64,000 bases of DNA, from NCBI RefSeq assembly GCF_004010195.1, contig NC_057757.1:4778823-4842822 (forward strand), read 5' to 3'. This document shows, piece after piece, positions 61,230-64,000 of this stretch. The translations under genes were made by a program, and so were the position numbers. The first letter of the stretch is position 1. Every line of letters starts with the position of its first letter. The notes beneath the pieces are model-generated. The model searched no databases, was not told where the DNA came from, and saw only the letters and a list, made by a program, of their open reading frames with translations. The DNA comes from Chiloscyllium plagiosum (Eukaryota).

Positions 61230-64000
61230 TCTCCTGCTCCTCGGATGCTGCCTGACTGGCTGTGCTTTTCCAGCACCACACTCTGTGACTCTAAGCTCCT
61301 GGATTACTCACCCAATGTCAGCTGCTACCATCGCTTTAAGGTTGAAGTGTTGTTGGATTACAAGGGAGATCCTGGGTTTGGAGAGACTGTCTTATGAGGA
61401 GAGGTTTAGTAGACTTTGCCTGTATGTGTTGAGGTTTAGAAGAATGAGAGGTGACCTCGTTGGAATATGCAAGATTTTTAGGGGACTTAATCCTTATGGG
61501 AGAGTCTTGGACCAGACAATATAGTCTCAGAAAATTGGTATGTTCATTTAAAACAGAAATGATGAAGAATTTCTCCTCTTAGAAGGTTGTGAAATTATTT
61601 ACAGCTGAGGGCTGTCAAAGCTGGGTTGCTATGTATATTCAAGGCTGAGATAGACAGATTTTTAATTGATAAGCCAATTAAGGGTTATGGGGAAAAGGAA
61701 GGAAAGTGGAATTGAGGATTATCAGGCCAGCTATGATCTCACTGAATGATAATGCAGACTTGATGGGCTGAATGGCCTTCTTCTGCTCCTGTGTCCTCAT
61801 GAAAATATTCTATCCAATGTTGAATTCTGACCTCCTCATCTTTAACAACACAAACTCCATCCTGAGAGGGAAGCAGTTTTTGTCCATTTGACCATCATCT
61901 ACAGGGAGCCCCGGTGGATTACAAAAAGTATTGTTGTCATGACGATTGGTTGATCTCTCGAGTTTTCGGTTTCTGCTACATGTCCTTTATCTTCCAAAAT
62001 TGTCACTGGGCTTTTGATTTTGTGGCCTTTAACAGGACAGGCCTCTCTGAGTGATTAAGTGAGTCACATTGATATATCCACCTTAGTGAGGAGCTCCACT
62101 GGGAATTGTGAGAGCTGGATGGATCACAAGAGGTTGGATTAACGATGTTCCAAGAACTGTATTGTCTGAATCTAAGGTGGCTGTGACAGTGACCATCATT
62201 TCTCAGAGAACTCTGAATTCAGGTGCAGTTCTCAAATATTTTCTTTGATTCTGACAAAAATATCAAGCACAAGAAACTGAGGACATTTGATCCCCAAAAT
62301 CTGTCACACCGAGTTCTATGAATTTATTTATGATTTCATCCCTCCCCTTACTTGCTAACTGCATCCAATCCCACAATTTTCCAAGTTCTTTGCAATGTGG
62401 TTAACTCTGAAGTAACCCTTTCAAATTATCCAGCTATAGAGTAGTCCAAGGAGAAAGTGAGGACGGCAGATGCTGGAGATCAGAGCTCAAAATATGTTGC
62501 TGGAAAAGCGCAGCAGGTCAGGCAGCATCCAAGGAACAGGAGAATCAACGTTTTGGGCATAAGCCCTTCTTCAGGAATGAGGAAAGTGTGTCCAGCAGGC
62601 ACACATAAAAGGAGTAGTCCAACTCAATCACGCCTACCAGGTTTCCCAAACGGAACCAATCCCTTTTGCCTGCATTTGGCCCATATCCCTCTAAGCATTT
62701 CCAATTCATGTATCTGACCAATGTCTTTTAAAATGTTGTATCTGGATCTGCCACTTTCGCTGACGGTTCATTCCACAGCCTCAGGCAACTGTCTGTGTGG
62801 AGTTTGCACATTCTCCCCGTGTCTGTGTGGGTTTCCTCCGGGTACTCCAGTTTCCTCCCAAAGTCCAAAAAAATGTGCAGGTTAGGTGAATTGGCTATGC
62901 TAAATTGTCCGTAGTGTTAGGTGTAGGGGAATGGGTCTGGGTGGGTTGCTCTTCGGAGGGTGTGTATGAACTTATTGGGCTGAAGGGCCTGTTTCCACAC
63001 TGTAAGTAATCTAATCTAGACCCTCTGTGTGAAAAAAAATTGCCCCTTTTAAAACTTTCCCTTTTACCTTAAAGTTATACCCTCTAGTTTTGAAACCTTA
63101 TCTTAGCCCATGCATGATTTTATACAATTCAATGAGGTCACCCCTTAACCTCCTACACTCCACTGAAAAAAGTCCCAGCCAGTGCAACCTCTCCTTTTAA
63201 CTCAAATTCTCCAGTCTTGGTAATATCCTTGTAAATCTTTTCTGCACCTTCTCCAATTTAATAATATCCTTCCTGAAGGGAATTGGGGATGCAAAACAAA
63301 TGCTAGCCTCGACACACACACACACATATATATATATAAAAGCTACGTACTCTCACTGCAATTCTGAATTTATTACAGCAACAGGTCACCGTCACTCTTA
63401 ATGTGGTTTATTGCAACTTGCATTTCCGCCAGGGCTGTTTCCAATTTTCCAATCAAGTCCACCCCCCCCTTTAACTTAATTACAAGAAAGAAATACAATG
63501 GTCAAACCAAGTGTCACTTTCCCAAATGTGCGACTTGCATAACCATTCATTTGCAATGTTGGAGTGAGGCAATCAACAAGTATGCATTTCCGTTAAGGCA
63601 GAACCGACTCTTAACCCAGAGGAACCTCACAAACCATTCCATTCAGATACACTGCAGACTTTCCAGGGGGGTGTTGCTGACTGCCACTTTCTCAAAGCTG
63701 TTAAGGACAGGCAACAAATGAATGCCTTGCCAGTGACAGCCACATCTTAAAAATGACATGCAATAGATACGCATCCTGTAAATTTGAAGCATTGACATTA
63801 ACAGAGGGGAAAACATGAGGATGTTGGTCCACACACAGAGAAATGTCACTATATATCCAAAGGGGCCCTCTGCTGTCTGGCAGCTGGTAGCCTTTTAAAT
63901 CGCAAGGGTTAATCCCGCGCTCAGGCAATTTGGGAGAGCGTCTCATGTTACTGAACTAAGCACACGCCTATAACAACAGGTATGCAGTTTGAAACACACC

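Noticed and set aside
1..64000. CRISPR arrays, operons or other prokaryotic systems
   Set aside because: No regularly spaced repeat-spacer array or gene-dense coding region; the window is vertebrate intronic and TE sequence.

Overview
Eukaryotic, repeat-dense genomic DNA, most likely from a shark (inferred from many HE1/V-SINE-like copies, CR1 LINEs and Penelope-like elements). The only host gene is a multi-exon arachidonate lipoxygenase (ALOX5/ALOX12/ALOXE3 family) on the + strand, spanning 5230 to at least 56016. Exons equivalent to ALOX5 exons 1, 2, 4, 5, 6, 8, 9, 10 and 11 can be read directly, with near-canonical sizes and phases. The gene looks pseudogenised: frameshifts in exons 4, 9 and 10, a GT>AT donor after exon 6, no clear exon 3 or exon 7, and loss of an iron-ligand His. 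Exon 8 is duplicated, and the second copy is split by a near-perfect 548-bp inverted copy of nearby intron sequence joined at a 7-bp microhomology. The rest is transposon-derived: the 5' end of a class I-like ERV with a tRNA-Pro PBS, other LTRs, a Gypsy remnant, CR1 and Rex1 LINEs, SINEs and a Tigger-like MITE. Penelope-like elements are numerous, and several carry minimal hammerhead-ribozyme motifs or form fold-back insertions with 12-bp target duplications. Exon boundaries were read base by base, TE boundaries are approximate, and family names come from recognition rather than database searches.
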